Source: Candidatus Hydrogenedentota bacterium (GTDB lineage: Bacteria > Hydrogenedentota > Hydrogenedentia > Hydrogenedentales > SLHB01). From it: a stretch of DNA of 64,000 nt. Below the pieces are notes generated by a model. That model saw nothing but the letters and a program-made list of their open reading frames with translations, searched no databases and was not told the origin of the DNA. A program made the position numbers and the translations under genes. Shown piece by piece: positions 7,475 through 17,301 of this stretch. The stretch covers positions 192,001 through 256,000 of the forward strand of contig CAVUWV010000001.1 in assembly GCA_963745075.1 (NCBI GenBank). Direction: 5' to 3'. How positions within the stretch are numbered: the first letter of the stretch is position 1; every line of letters starts with the position of its first letter.

Positions 7475-9913
7475 ATGTCCGCACTCTTCGCTGTTATGTG
7501 CGTCGCCGCGGTGCAATGGCAGCACCCGGCCGGACTGGTCACGGCCGATACCCTCGACGGGGTCCGCCACAAAATCGAGACCCAGGAATGGGCGCGAACG
7601 CTGTTCGAGTCTCAGAAGCGTGCGCGTAGTGCGTGGCACGATGCTTCATTTGAGGAACTGCGCCGCGTGTTTCCGACGGAGTGTGGCAATGTCTATCATG
7701 ATTTCTCCTGCCCAATCGATCGCACTCGGCTGACGTTCGACCCCTTCGAGGATAAGCACTTTACCTGTCCCACGTGCGGCAAGACGTACCCGGCCGATAC
7801 CGACCCCGGCGTGTATCCGGAAGGCGATCGGTATCACGGGACGATGTACGACGGCTGGGTCTGCATGTTCTATCAGAACGCGGGCATCGTCGCGAGCGAG
7901 TTCGCGGTGATGGGCGCCGTGGACCACGACAATTCGTATACCCAACGCAGTATCGAGATTCTGCTCTTGTTCGCGGATACCATTGAAAACCTCAAAGTAT
8001 CCTCCGACCCCGATCCGCAGATGCGCAAATTGCTGACCTATCATCGCGAAGGCGACAACAAAGTCTTGTACGATCTCGCATGCACCTACGAAATTGTTCG
8101 CGCGCACATGACGCCGGAACAGCGCAAACGCGTCGAGACTGCCGTACTGCAGCGCATGCTGGACGACATTATGCTGGAGCCCATCTACACGTACGACCAC
8201 AACAACGTGTACCAATGGCATCGCACGATCGTCCAGACGGCGCTGGCCCTGGAACGGGAGGATCTGATCGATTGGAGTTTCGGGTACGGCGCGTACGACG
8301 CGGAGCATCAGCCCGAACATCGCAGCATGATGAAGTTGCTCTTGACCCACTTCAAACCCGACGGCGCGTACTGGGAAATGTGTTCGGGCTATCACCTATA
8401 TCCCTTGTCGCATATCTGTGAATTCGCCGTGGTGTCGCACAATCTTTCCATGATGGACCCGCAGCGGTTTCCGCCCGAACAGTACGACTTAACCATTCCC
8501 GAAAGCGAGGGGGGGCAGGTCATTCGCGGCGCGTTGCATTGGTTCATGTCCATGGCAATGCCGAATCGCAAGATGCCGACCATCGGCGATTCGACCAAGT
8601 CCATTGCGGGGATGGACGATTACTACGTCACGGCCGAGGTCGGTTATCGCTATTACGACTTGAAGGAAGTGGGCAATTATCCCGCGTACCGGGACGGAAA
8701 CCGCAACTGGGTGGCGCTTCTTTACGGGGCGGACCAAATCGAACCGCACGAAATCGAGGAAACCAGCACGTATCTCTCCAGCGGGTGGGTTTCGCTTCGC
8801 GACTCGTGGGATGGTAACCGGGCGTGGGTCGGGCTGAATGCCCTGATCCCGGGCGGCGGGCATCAGCACGCGGACCGCTTGGGGTTGCTGTTCTACTCGC
8901 ATGACGCCTTGCTGGCATTGGAGAAGGCGACGCCCTACAACGAACTCACGACACGCGTGCTGGGCACGCTCTCGCCCATGCACAACACCGTTACCGTGGA
9001 CATGGAATCCCAGCCGCAGGGCGAGGCGCTTAAGAAGAACCAGGTGCCCGAGATCCAATACTTCTACGCGGGCGACTGGTTGCAGTTCGCGGAACTGGAC
9101 GCCGACCACTTGTATACCCAAACCAAGATCTACCGGCGGTCGGTCGCGATGGTGGAAGACGTGGTCGTAGACCTCTTCTGCGTGACCGGGGGTGAAACTC
9201 ATGATTGGATGGTGCATCACAGCGGGTCGGCAACAGAGTTATCCGTGCCCGTGACGGACGGTTCATTCGAACCCACGGACTGGTTGTACAACGGCACCAA
9301 CAACGTGAAGGTGGGAACAGCCGACGACGCATGGGAAGGCCGATGGGGCGTCGATGACGCGCAAACGCGGCTGACCATGTCGGGCGCGGCGAACACGAAG
9401 TTGTACAAACTGGAAACGTACCCGGTGGACAACGCCGTAATCACCGAAGAGAATCCGCCGTGCCAATCGTTGTGCGTCCGGCGACACGATGACACGCCGT
9501 TCCTCGCGGTTTGGGATGTGTGGACGGATACACCGAATCTGCAGGTGGTCCATTTTGCGGGATCGGACGCGGCGCTGATTCAGACCGCGAAACATACGTA
9601 TCACATCCGGTTTGGGCCCGGTACGAGCGCGTTTGACGACGGGGTTACGCTTACCACCGACGCCGCATTTACAGCGGTGCGCGATTCGGATGCTGTGGTG
9701 ATGGTCGGCGGGAGCGAGGCCTCCGTCACCTTCCCGGACGGTACGGTTGCGATATCCGCCGAAGCGCCCCTGACTGTTGCGGTGGATCGGCAAGCGGACG
9801 GTGTGCACGTTCACGCGTTACCCGCGATCCAGTTCGACACGTACCAAGGCGCTAACCATCCGCGGCCTGTCCCCGACACGCCGGTAACGGTCGAAGGAAG
9901 TTTGTGGAAATGA
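7475..9913 (+). CDS. Heparinase II/III-like (alginate/oligosaccharide lyase-type) protein
   Basis: 812 aa with RBS gaaaggag. Motifs HNNVYQWH, DGAYWEMCSGYHLY, MPTIGD, GGGHQHADRLG, HNTVTVD. Confidence 0.8.
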   Translation: MSALFAVMCVAAVQWQHPAGLVTADTLDGVRHKIETQEWARTLFESQKRARSAWHDASFEELRRVFPTECGNVYHDFSCPIDRTRLTFDPFEDKHFTCPTCGKTYPADTDPGVYPEGDRYHGTMYDGWVCMFYQNAGIVASEFAVMGAVDHDNSYTQRSIEILLLFADTIENLKVSSDPDPQMRKLLTYHREGDNKVLYDLACTYEIVRAHMTPEQRKRVETAVLQRMLDDIMLEPIYTYDHNNVYQWHRTIVQTALALEREDLIDWSFGYGAYDAEHQPEHRSMMKLLLTHFKPDGAYWEMCSGYHLYPLSHICEFAVVSHNLSMMDPQRFPPEQYDLTIPESEGGQVIRGALHWFMSMAMPNRKMPTIGDSTKSIAGMDDYYVTAEVGYRYYDLKEVGNYPAYRDGNRNWVALLYGADQIEPHEIEETSTYLSSGWVSLRDSWDGNRAWVGLNALIPGGGHQHADRLGLLFYSHDALLALEKATPYNELTTRVLGTLSPMHNTVTVDMESQPQGEALKKNQVPEIQYFYAGDWLQFAELDADHLYTQTKIYRRSVAMVEDVVVDLFCVTGGETHDWMVHHSGSATELSVPVTDGSFEPTDWLYNGTNNVKVGTADDAWEGRWGVDDAQTRLTMSGAANTKLYKLETYPVDNAVITEENPPCQSLCVRRHDDTPFLAVWDVWTDTPNLQVVHFAGSDAALIQTAKHTYHIRFGPGTSAFDDGVTLTTDAAFTAVRDSDAVVMVGGSEASVTFPDGTVAISAEAPLTVAVDRQADGVHVHALPAIQFDTYQGANHPRPVPDTPVTVEGSLWK

Positions 9914-9948
9914 ATTGGTTCAATTTACAGGTCTCAGGAGCCGAATCG

Positions 9949-10896
9949 ATGCGACAACACAAGTTGGTAAGTTGCTTATTCTTGGTCGTAGCCCTCGTGG
10001 TTCCAGTGGCAACCGCGCAGGACGCACAGCCCTATCCTCGGGTCAGCAAGGAGGCGTTTGAAGCGCGTTTGCCATTCTTCGACGTCGACACCTCGATACC
10101 GTTGGAAGGACGGATCGTCCGCGAATGGGACGAGGACGCGACGTTACGCCAGAAGTTCGTCTTTCGCGGCGCGCAAGGGTTCCTGGTGCCCGGGCTGATC
10201 GAGATTCCAAAGACCGACGCAAAACCCTATCCGTTGGTCCTGCTCCTTCACGGCTGGTCCGGAGGCAAGGACAACTGGTGGGAAGACAGCAATTTCGTCA
10301 ACGGTGGTCTCATGCGCAAGGCGCTGTTAAACGCCGGTTACGCGATCATGGCGCTCGATGCTGCGACCCACGGTGAACGCAGCAACGAAATCGATTATCA
10401 GGACGTAAACCACTACGAGGATCCAAAAGCGCCGGACAAACGCAACTACTTTACCTTTGCCGAGATCGCAATTCAGACGACCAAGGATTACCGCCGCGGA
10501 CTGGATTACATCACGCAGCGCGACGATATCGACCCCGAGCGGATCGGGCTCCTGGGGTACAGCATGGGCGGGATGGATTCGTTCTATCTGGTGTCGGTGG
10601 AGCCGCGCATCAAGGTAGTGGTCGCTTGCGTGCCGCCGTTGCTGAACGATAGTTACAACCCGGCGTCGCCCATCGATTACACGTGGGGAATCGGCGATAC
10701 GCCGTTTCTGATGCTCATGGGTTCGCAAGACACGATGAACGACGTGGCGAACGTCAACGCATCCTATGCGGCGTACATCAAGGGCCCGAATACGAATCTG
10801 ATCTGGTACGACCAGGGACATAAGCTCACGGAAGTGTACATCCCGGACGCGTTGGCGTGGATTCAGCAGCACCTGCCCGTATCGCTATCGAAGTGA
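9949..10896 (+). CDS. Secreted alpha/beta hydrolase (esterase/dienelactone hydrolase-like)
   Basis: PLVLLLHGW, nucleophile elbow GYSMGG, GSQD and GH triad candidates. Signal peptide. RBS aggag 8 nt before ATG 9949. Confidence 0.85.
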   Translation: MRQHKLVSCLFLVVALVVPVATAQDAQPYPRVSKEAFEARLPFFDVDTSIPLEGRIVREWDEDATLRQKFVFRGAQGFLVPGLIEIPKTDAKPYPLVLLLHGWSGGKDNWWEDSNFVNGGLMRKALLNAGYAIMALDAATHGERSNEIDYQDVNHYEDPKAPDKRNYFTFAEIAIQTTKDYRRGLDYITQRDDIDPERIGLLGYSMGGMDSFYLVSVEPRIKVVVACVPPLLNDSYNPASPIDYTWGIGDTPFLMLMGSQDTMNDVANVNASYAAYIKGPNTNLIWYDQGHKLTEVYIPDALAWIQQHLPVSLSK

Positions 10897-10978
10897 TTGT
10901 CATTCGTCGCCGGCTTGTCTTTGCTTGTCGAAGCTGATAGCCTCGAAAAAGTAGTCCTGGGGGGCACGATCGGCGACC

Positions 10979-12622
10979 ATGAGCGAGCACTTTCGACCAC
11001 TGGATATTCTGGTAATCGTGGTGTATTTCGGCGCGATTACGGCGGCCGGTGTCTACTTCAGCAAACGAACGAAAGACTCGGAAGACTACTTTCTGGGGGG
11101 GCGGAATTTCCCGGGATGGGCCATTGGCTTGTCCATGGTCGGCACGTCGATCAGTTCCGTTTCGTTTATGGCCTATCCCGGCGATGCGTACAAGACGACG
11201 TGGCTGCGGTTGTTTCCGTGCTTTACGCTTCCGATTGCGATCTTCATCGCGTCACGCTGGTTTCTTCCTTTCTTCCGCCGCGGCCGTGTGACGTCCGCCT
11301 TCGAGTATCTCGAGAAACGGTACGGTCCCAAGACGCGCGTGTACGTGGCGTGCGTATTTGTCATCACGCAAATCGCGCGAAACGGGACGATCTTGTTCTT
11401 GCTCGCCCTGCTGCTGCATGAATTGATGGGTCTGTCCACCACGTGGTGCATTCTCATTGGGGGAGTCTTCGTTTCCTTCTACACCGTGGCCGGCGGCATC
11501 GAGGCGGTGGTCTGGACGGATGTGGTGCAGACGATTGTCCTGGTCGTTGGGGGCGTACTTTGCCTCGCGTATATTGTGGATAAACTTCCGGGAGGATTGG
11601 GCGACATTGTCCGCGTCGCCTGGGAAGATGGGAAATTCCGTGCCGCGGATGCAACCGTAAACTCGAACGTCGTGTTTCAAGGCGCGAATACCCATTTCGA
11701 CAAGATACTCAACCTGCAACCTGTCCGATGGACCCCATCCCTCTGGTACCGGACGGGTCTCATGATGATGTTTCTCGGGTTCACCAACTGGATCGCGGAG
11801 TACAGTTGCAACCAGAACGTCATCCAGCGGTACTGCGCGTCCAAGTCGCCCCGCGAGGCGCGAAAAGCCATGTGGATCTGTTGCTGGTCAAGCGTGCCTA
11901 TTTGGACATACTTCATGTTTCTCGGGACGGCGATGTATGTCTTCTTCAAGCATTTCCCCGATCAGACCGCGTTCAACATTCTGGTCGGGGCCGAGGGAAA
12001 GGAGGCGGAACAGATTCTTCCGTACTTCGTTCTGACTTCGTTACCCGCCGGAGTGTCGGGGCTGGTGGTCGCAGCGGTCCTGGCGGCAGCGATGTCGTCG
12101 GTCGATTCGAGCATCAATGCTGTGTCTACGGTGACCGTAGTGGACATCTACCGGCGGCACATGGTCAAGAACGCAGATGAACGGCACTACCTCCGGACTG
12201 CGCGCGCTATCGGGATTGTGGCGTCGGTGCTGATGATCGTGATTGCGATCTGGTTCGACCACATTGACAAAAAGACTTTTCAGGATACCGGAATCATCCT
12301 TGCCGCCATCATGGGCGGAGGCGTATTCGGAATTTACATGCTCGGCTTCTTCACCACCTGGGGCGACGGGAAGACGGTGCTCTGGGGGATCCTGGCTGCA
12401 TTAGCCTACACCGTTTGGACCGGCGGTATTCTGGTGCACTGGTGGGCGCCCCCCGCCAACGCGTGGCTTCGCGTCGACTCGTACTACATTGGACTGGTCG
12501 CAAATGCCCTGGCATTTCTTGTTGCGTTCTTCCTGTTCGGATTGATCGGCAGGATCAGGGGACGCAAACGCGACCTAACGAATCTTACGGTGTGGACGCA
12601 GGACGACACGCCGTTGGAGTAG
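10979..12622 (+). CDS. Sodium:solute symporter (SSS family)
   Basis: EDYFLGGR, SAFEYLEKRYG, YTVAGGIEAVVWTDVVQ, NQNVIQRY, AAAMSSVDSSINA; many TM helices. Confidence 0.95.
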   Translation: MSEHFRPLDILVIVVYFGAITAAGVYFSKRTKDSEDYFLGGRNFPGWAIGLSMVGTSISSVSFMAYPGDAYKTTWLRLFPCFTLPIAIFIASRWFLPFFRRGRVTSAFEYLEKRYGPKTRVYVACVFVITQIARNGTILFLLALLLHELMGLSTTWCILIGGVFVSFYTVAGGIEAVVWTDVVQTIVLVVGGVLCLAYIVDKLPGGLGDIVRVAWEDGKFRAADATVNSNVVFQGANTHFDKILNLQPVRWTPSLWYRTGLMMMFLGFTNWIAEYSCNQNVIQRYCASKSPREARKAMWICCWSSVPIWTYFMFLGTAMYVFFKHFPDQTAFNILVGAEGKEAEQILPYFVLTSLPAGVSGLVVAAVLAAAMSSVDSSINAVSTVTVVDIYRRHMVKNADERHYLRTARAIGIVASVLMIVIAIWFDHIDKKTFQDTGIILAAIMGGGVFGIYMLGFFTTWGDGKTVLWGILAALAYTVWTGGILVHWWAPPANAWLRVDSYYIGLVANALAFLVAFFLFGLIGRIRGRKRDLTNLTVWTQDDTPLE

Positions 12623-12726
12623 GGTTGATTGCGGACCATCTTCAGGACCGCAATTTCTGCGGTTGCAATTTGCCCTCTCGCGGGGCACTATGACGCGCCT
12701 TTAACCTGTTCGGGGAATGCCAACCG

Positions 12727-13710
12727 ATGACGCTCGAAAAGCAACAAGTGGACGATCCAGTTACGATTCGCGCACGCGGACCCATTATCGCCGGTCTGGT
12801 TGGTATCAACCTCCTGTGGGCGGGAAATCCCGTGATGACCAAGTTCGTGCTGGAGGATTTCGCGCCGTTGCAGGTGGCATGGCTGCGGATTGGCACGAGT
12901 TCGATCGTTTTGGCGCTGCTTTTGATGATGGCAAACCGTCGCAAGCCCGCGACAACGACGACCCCCTTCCCTTGGTCGAAGGCCGCGATCATGGGTGCGA
13001 TTGTGTTCTTCGCTACGCCTGTCGTCATCACCTTCGGACTGGACCAGTCGCTGGCCATTCAGAATTCCTTCATCACGGGGCTGGAACCCGTGATCACCAT
13101 CCTGCTCGCATGGCTCGTTCTGCGGGAGCGGATGCGCGCGACCCAATGGATCATTCTGGCCGTGGCCACCGCGGGATTTGTGTTACTGAGTGGTATGGCA
13201 AACCGGTGGGTGGGTCTTGTCGCAACCAGTTACGCCCTCGGAAATCTGCTGCTTCTCGTCGGGATGGGCGGCGAGGCCATGTTCAGCATCCTCGGCTTGC
13301 CGTTGGTACGCCGCACGGCGCCGGGTCCGTTACTACTTGTCGGCCAAATGACCGGGGCGCTCCTATTCAGCTTGTATCTCGCCGCTACCCATTCGATTCC
13401 CGACCTCGGGCAATTCACGGGGCGCAGTCTGGTGGGGTTGCTGTGGGCGGGGCCCATCACTACCGCCGGCTGTTACTACTTCTGGCTGGCCAGTCTGCAA
13501 CACGTGCCGGTGAATACGGCGGCGTTCACCCTGTTCGTTCAGCCCTTGGTCGGCGCGGCGATGGGATACGGGCTGTTGTCGGAGCGGATGGATCTGCTGC
13601 AATCGTGCGGCGCAGGATTGATTCTCGTCGCGCTGACCGTTCATGTCTACCTTGTCGTCCATAGAGCGCGGTTCTCTGGACGCCGGACCGTGCCGAGCAA
13701 CGGCGCTTAA
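12727..13710 (+). CDS. DMT/EamA family transporter
   Basis: Two EamA repeats (LLWAGN...AWLR...LEPVITILLAWLVLRER; VQPLVGAAMGYGLLSER); about 10 TM segments. Confidence 0.9.
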   Translation: MTLEKQQVDDPVTIRARGPIIAGLVGINLLWAGNPVMTKFVLEDFAPLQVAWLRIGTSSIVLALLLMMANRRKPATTTTPFPWSKAAIMGAIVFFATPVVITFGLDQSLAIQNSFITGLEPVITILLAWLVLRERMRATQWIILAVATAGFVLLSGMANRWVGLVATSYALGNLLLLVGMGGEAMFSILGLPLVRRTAPGPLLLVGQMTGALLFSLYLAATHSIPDLGQFTGRSLVGLLWAGPITTAGCYYFWLASLQHVPVNTAAFTLFVQPLVGAAMGYGLLSERMDLLQSCGAGLILVALTVHVYLVVHRARFSGRRTVPSNGA

Positions 13711-14150
13711 GGGTCGGGTTTATCGGAAGGTTTCCGCACGGTCATGCGGCATTGTCCTTTCTCGCAACTGATGATCTCGTAGTCGACGTCATACCCGTAC
13801 TCGCGGATGAGCGGGGGATAGAGCCAGCGGCAGTGCTCGCAGTATTTCGTGTACGGCTCGACGCGGCCGCTCTGATGGACGAGTTTGGCGGACGGGCATT
13901 CGTGCATGTCAATGATGAACATGTCATCGTACAACGTCAGTTGGTGACGGCCGCCTTCCTCCGTGAGAGTGTGGGTCCAGTATTGGTGCATGCCTTCCAG
14001 GCCGTCTTTCTCGATGTACTCGCGCAAGTTTTGGAGAAAATTGTCCGCGATCCCCTTCCAGAACTCGCGGACCTTCTCTTCGCCGCCGCGCTCTTCGAGA
14101 TAACGGAAGAGTTCGTTGTAGACCCAGATGAACTCCGTGCAGGAAATCAT
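13707..14150 (-). CDS. Small V4R/H-NOX-like fold protein with Cys/His motifs (paralog B)
   Basis: 147 aa with ECPS, YCEHC and KGQC motifs. Start overlaps the stop of the upstream paralog (ATGA). Confidence 0.7.
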   Translation of the reverse strand: MISCTEFIWVYNELFRYLEERGGEEKVREFWKGIADNFLQNLREYIEKDGLEGMHQYWTHTLTEEGGRHQLTLYDDMFIIDMHECPSAKLVHQSGRVEPYTKYCEHCRWLYPPLIREYGYDVDYEIISCEKGQCRMTVRKPSDKPDP

Positions 14151-14576
14151 GTCGCCGCCTTTCGGAAACGCTGCACGCAGCGGCCCTTGGCCTGGTCGTA
14201 CTCGACCGTGGCCTCATATCCTGCACGGCTGCAAATCGCGTCGTTGACGATTCGGGTGTGCTCGCAGAAGTGGTCCGCCACGCGATAATCGTGGGCCTGC
14301 ATGTGATGAACCGCCGGACATCGCTGAAGGTCGAGCACGAGAGAATCGCCGTCCATGTGCAGGGAGTATTCTGCCTCTTCGAGGTCCATGATCCTGCGCC
14401 AGTGACGCTCCAAAGCGGGAAGACCATCGTAGCGCAGCTCCGCGACCACCGGCGCATATACGGTGTCTGCGAGGCCGGTCAGGAAATCGCGCAAACCATC
14501 CTCGCCGTAGTGTTGCTTCGAGAAATTCGAAGGCGTAGCTGAGGGCCCCATGAAAGTCTTTGTGTACGTTCGCCAT
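14147..14576 (-). CDS. Small V4R/H-NOX-like fold protein (paralog A), +1 frameshift near 14517
   Basis: MANVHKDFHGALSYAFEFLE in one frame continues as QHYGEDGLRDFL...RCPA...FCEH...KGRC in the next. Removing one A from ctcgaagcaa (minus strand) joins them. Alternative start at 14618. Confidence 0.7.
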
Positions 14577-14711
14577 CTCGAGCGTCGTGCTCCTGAACTC
14601 ATCCGAATCGGCGCTCATCTTACCACAGGGACCGGATCCAGTACGGTTTCCCCTTGAATTGGCGGGCATTGGTGTAGATCATCAGGGTACGCAAGAGGGA
14701 GGGCGTATTTC

Positions 14712-15986
14712 ATGAGCAGTAATCTCGCTATCAATGGGGGTTCCAAGAGTGTCGAAGGACCGTTGCCGCCCTGGCCGGCGTTCGACGAAGCCACCATCGC
14801 GGCGGTCAGCGAACCGCTGAAGAACGGCAAGGTCAATTACTGGACCGGGCCGCGCGGCATGGAGTTCGAGAAGAAGTTCGCGGCGTGGCAGGGCAGCAAG
14901 CACGCCATCAGCACGACCAACGGCACGAGCGCGTTGCACACGGCGCTGGCCGCGCTGGGCATCGGCCCCGGCGACGAGGTCATCGTGCCGAGCTACACGT
15001 TCATCGCAAGTTCCTTCTCCATGGTGCAGGCGGGCGCAATTCCGCGGTTTGCCGACGTCAACCAGGAAGACCACTGCATCAGCGTGGAGTCGGCGGAGAA
15101 GCTGATTGGACCGCGTACCAAGGCCATCATGCCGGTGCACCTGTACGGCAACGTTGTGGACATGGACCCGATTAAGGCATTGGCCAAGAAACACAATCTC
15201 TACGTCATCGAGGATAACGCGGAAGCCTACGGCGGCGTCTACAAAGGCAAGAAGACCGGCACGCTGGGCGACATCGCCGCGTGCAGCTTCTGCCAGAACA
15301 AGACCTTCACCACCGGCGGCGAAGGCGGCATGGTGACCACCGACGACGAGGACGTTGCCTGGCGGTGCCGCAGTTTCCGCGATCACGGCTACAACGTCAA
15401 GGAACGGCTGAAGCTGCTCGAAATGGAGCAGAAACTCTCCTACATCCACACGCAACTCGGCTGGAACTACCGCATGACCGAGATGCAGTCCACCATCGGC
15501 ATCGACGAACTGAATCGAATCGACACGTGGAACATGCCGCGCCGGAAACGAAACGCGCAGATCATCCTGGACGCATTGGCCGACGTGCCGCAGGTTCAGT
15601 ATCTGCCGGTGGACACACCGGAGCGTCAGAACGGCTGGTACGTGTTTCCGATTACGCTGGACATCGACAAGATGACCTGCGACATGAGTACGTTCCTGGA
15701 AGCCCTCGGCGCGGAAGGCGCGCCGTGCTGGAGAGTCTTCTGGCCGCAATGCCACACGGAAGAGGCGTTCACGAAACACAACAGCTTCGGCGACACGGGG
15801 TTCCCGTTTACGAGCAAGGAATACGCCGACGCGGCGGCGGTGGATTACAGCAAAGTCGAAGTACCGAACGCGGTCTGGCATCAAAGCCGCACGTTTATCA
15901 CGTTTATCTTCCCGACCTACGAGGAAGCGCACATGCACGGCATCGCCGCGGGGATCAAGAAGGTAATCGCGGCGTACGCGAAGTAG
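14712..15986 (+). CDS. DegT/DnrJ/EryC1/StrS PLP-dependent sugar aminotransferase
   Basis: NGTSALH, GPGDEVIVPSYTFIAS, PVHLYG, IEDNAEA, and the PLP-lysine motif SFCQNKTFTTGGEGG. Confidence 0.95.
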   Translation: MSSNLAINGGSKSVEGPLPPWPAFDEATIAAVSEPLKNGKVNYWTGPRGMEFEKKFAAWQGSKHAISTTNGTSALHTALAALGIGPGDEVIVPSYTFIASSFSMVQAGAIPRFADVNQEDHCISVESAEKLIGPRTKAIMPVHLYGNVVDMDPIKALAKKHNLYVIEDNAEAYGGVYKGKKTGTLGDIAACSFCQNKTFTTGGEGGMVTTDDEDVAWRCRSFRDHGYNVKERLKLLEMEQKLSYIHTQLGWNYRMTEMQSTIGIDELNRIDTWNMPRRKRNAQIILDALADVPQVQYLPVDTPERQNGWYVFPITLDIDKMTCDMSTFLEALGAEGAPCWRVFWPQCHTEEAFTKHNSFGDTGFPFTSKEYADAAAVDYSKVEVPNAVWHQSRTFITFIFPTYEEAHMHGIAAGIKKVIAAYAK

Positions 15987-16000
15987 AAGGGGGAGGATCC

Positions 16001-17039
16001 ATGAGCAAGGTGAAGTGGGGTGTCTGCGGTTCCGGCGGGATCGCGCGGCGGCGGACCATTCCGGAAGGGATCGTGCCCGCGAACAACGCGGAACTGGCCG
16101 GCTGTGCACGACGTTGACGAGGACGCCGTTCAGGAAGTCGCAAAAGAATTCGGAGCCGAAGCGTTTCTCGATTACGGCGAACTGCTGGACAGCGACTGCG
16201 ACGCCGTATACATCGCGACGCCGGTTCACCTGCATCGCGATCAGGTGGTGCGCGCCGCCGAGGCCGGCAAGCACGTGTTGTGTGAGAAACCGTTGGGGCT
16301 GAAGGTCGCGGACGCCGAGCAGATGGTCAAAGCGTGTCGCAGCAACGGCGTGAAGTTCGGCGTGGGGCTCATGATGCGGTTTCACGCGCAGCATCAGGCC
16401 GCCATGGAAATGGTCAAGAGCGGCGCCATCGGCACGCCCGTGTTTGGTCGCGCCCAGTTGTCGTGCTGGTATCCGCCCATCGAGGGTGCGTGGCGCCAGG
16501 ACCCCGCCACGGGCGGCGGCGGTACGCTCGTGGACCTCGCCAGCCATTGCATCGATCTGCTCGAGATGATGTTTGGCCCGGCGCGTTCGGTGCGATGCGC
16601 TATTGGAAACCTCGTTCAGGATTACAAGAGCGAAGACGCGTCGGTCGTGATGCTGGAGTTCGCCAACGGAGCGATGGGCGTGGTCGATACCTTGTTCAAC
16701 GTCCCCGATGCGAGTTCGAAGAACCGACTGGAACTGTACGGATCGAAAGGCAGCATCCTCGCGGAAGGCACGATCGGCCAGGGCGAAATCGGGACCATGA
16801 CGGCGTACATCGAAGGCGACGATTCGGGTTACGACGCGCAGCAAACGCGAGACGCGGGCGAGGGGCGTGCAATTGCGCCGGAGCCGGTGAACATGTACCG
16901 CGCCGAGATCGAGGCGTTTTCGGGTGCGATACTCAACGATACGGAACCGCCGGCCGGCCCGGACGCGGGGCTGCACAGCCAGAAGGTGTTGGCCGCATGC
17001 TATGAATCCGCGAACACGGGTGTGACGGTGATGCTGTGA
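16001..17039 (+). CDS. Gfo/Idh/MocA oxidoreductase, +1 frameshift near 16100
   Basis: RBS ggagga, then MSKVKWGVCGSGGIAR (Rossmann). Continues in the next frame with DAVYIATP, GKHVLCEKP and GGGTLVDLASH. Confidence 0.9.
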
Positions 17040-17102
17040 GCGATCGTAGACGCTGCCTCGATGCCTAGAGCGTACCGCAGATTTGCTGCGTGGTCTTGTG
17101 CG

Positions 17103-17191
17103 GATGGAATCCCGTGTGCGCGGCAATGACGGCCAGGGTGAGAAACGGGTGATTACTATTCCCGTCATTCCCGCGCACGCGGGAATCCATC
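17103..17191. repeat. Inverted doublet of CGTC-type REP-like palindromes
   Basis: ccgtcattcccgcgcacgcgggaatccatc at 17162-17191, with a 27/30 inverted copy at 17103-17132 and a 29-nt spacer. The core 17167-17186 fits ATTCCC-N8-GGGAAT. Confidence 0.85.
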
Positions 17192-17301
17192 TTTACAGTG
17201 GTGCCTGTCACCGCGAGAATTGCGGGGCCTGTCCCTCGGTATACAATGGACGGGCGTTTCCCGTACCTTGATGTCACTGTACGTGGGAGAGGGAGCTCTT
17301 T

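Noticed and set aside
14682..17168. 828-aa minus-strand ORF
   Set aside because: Antisense shadow in codon register with the DegT and Gfo/Idh/MocA genes. It has no motifs and its register across both genes depends on the extra base near 16100.
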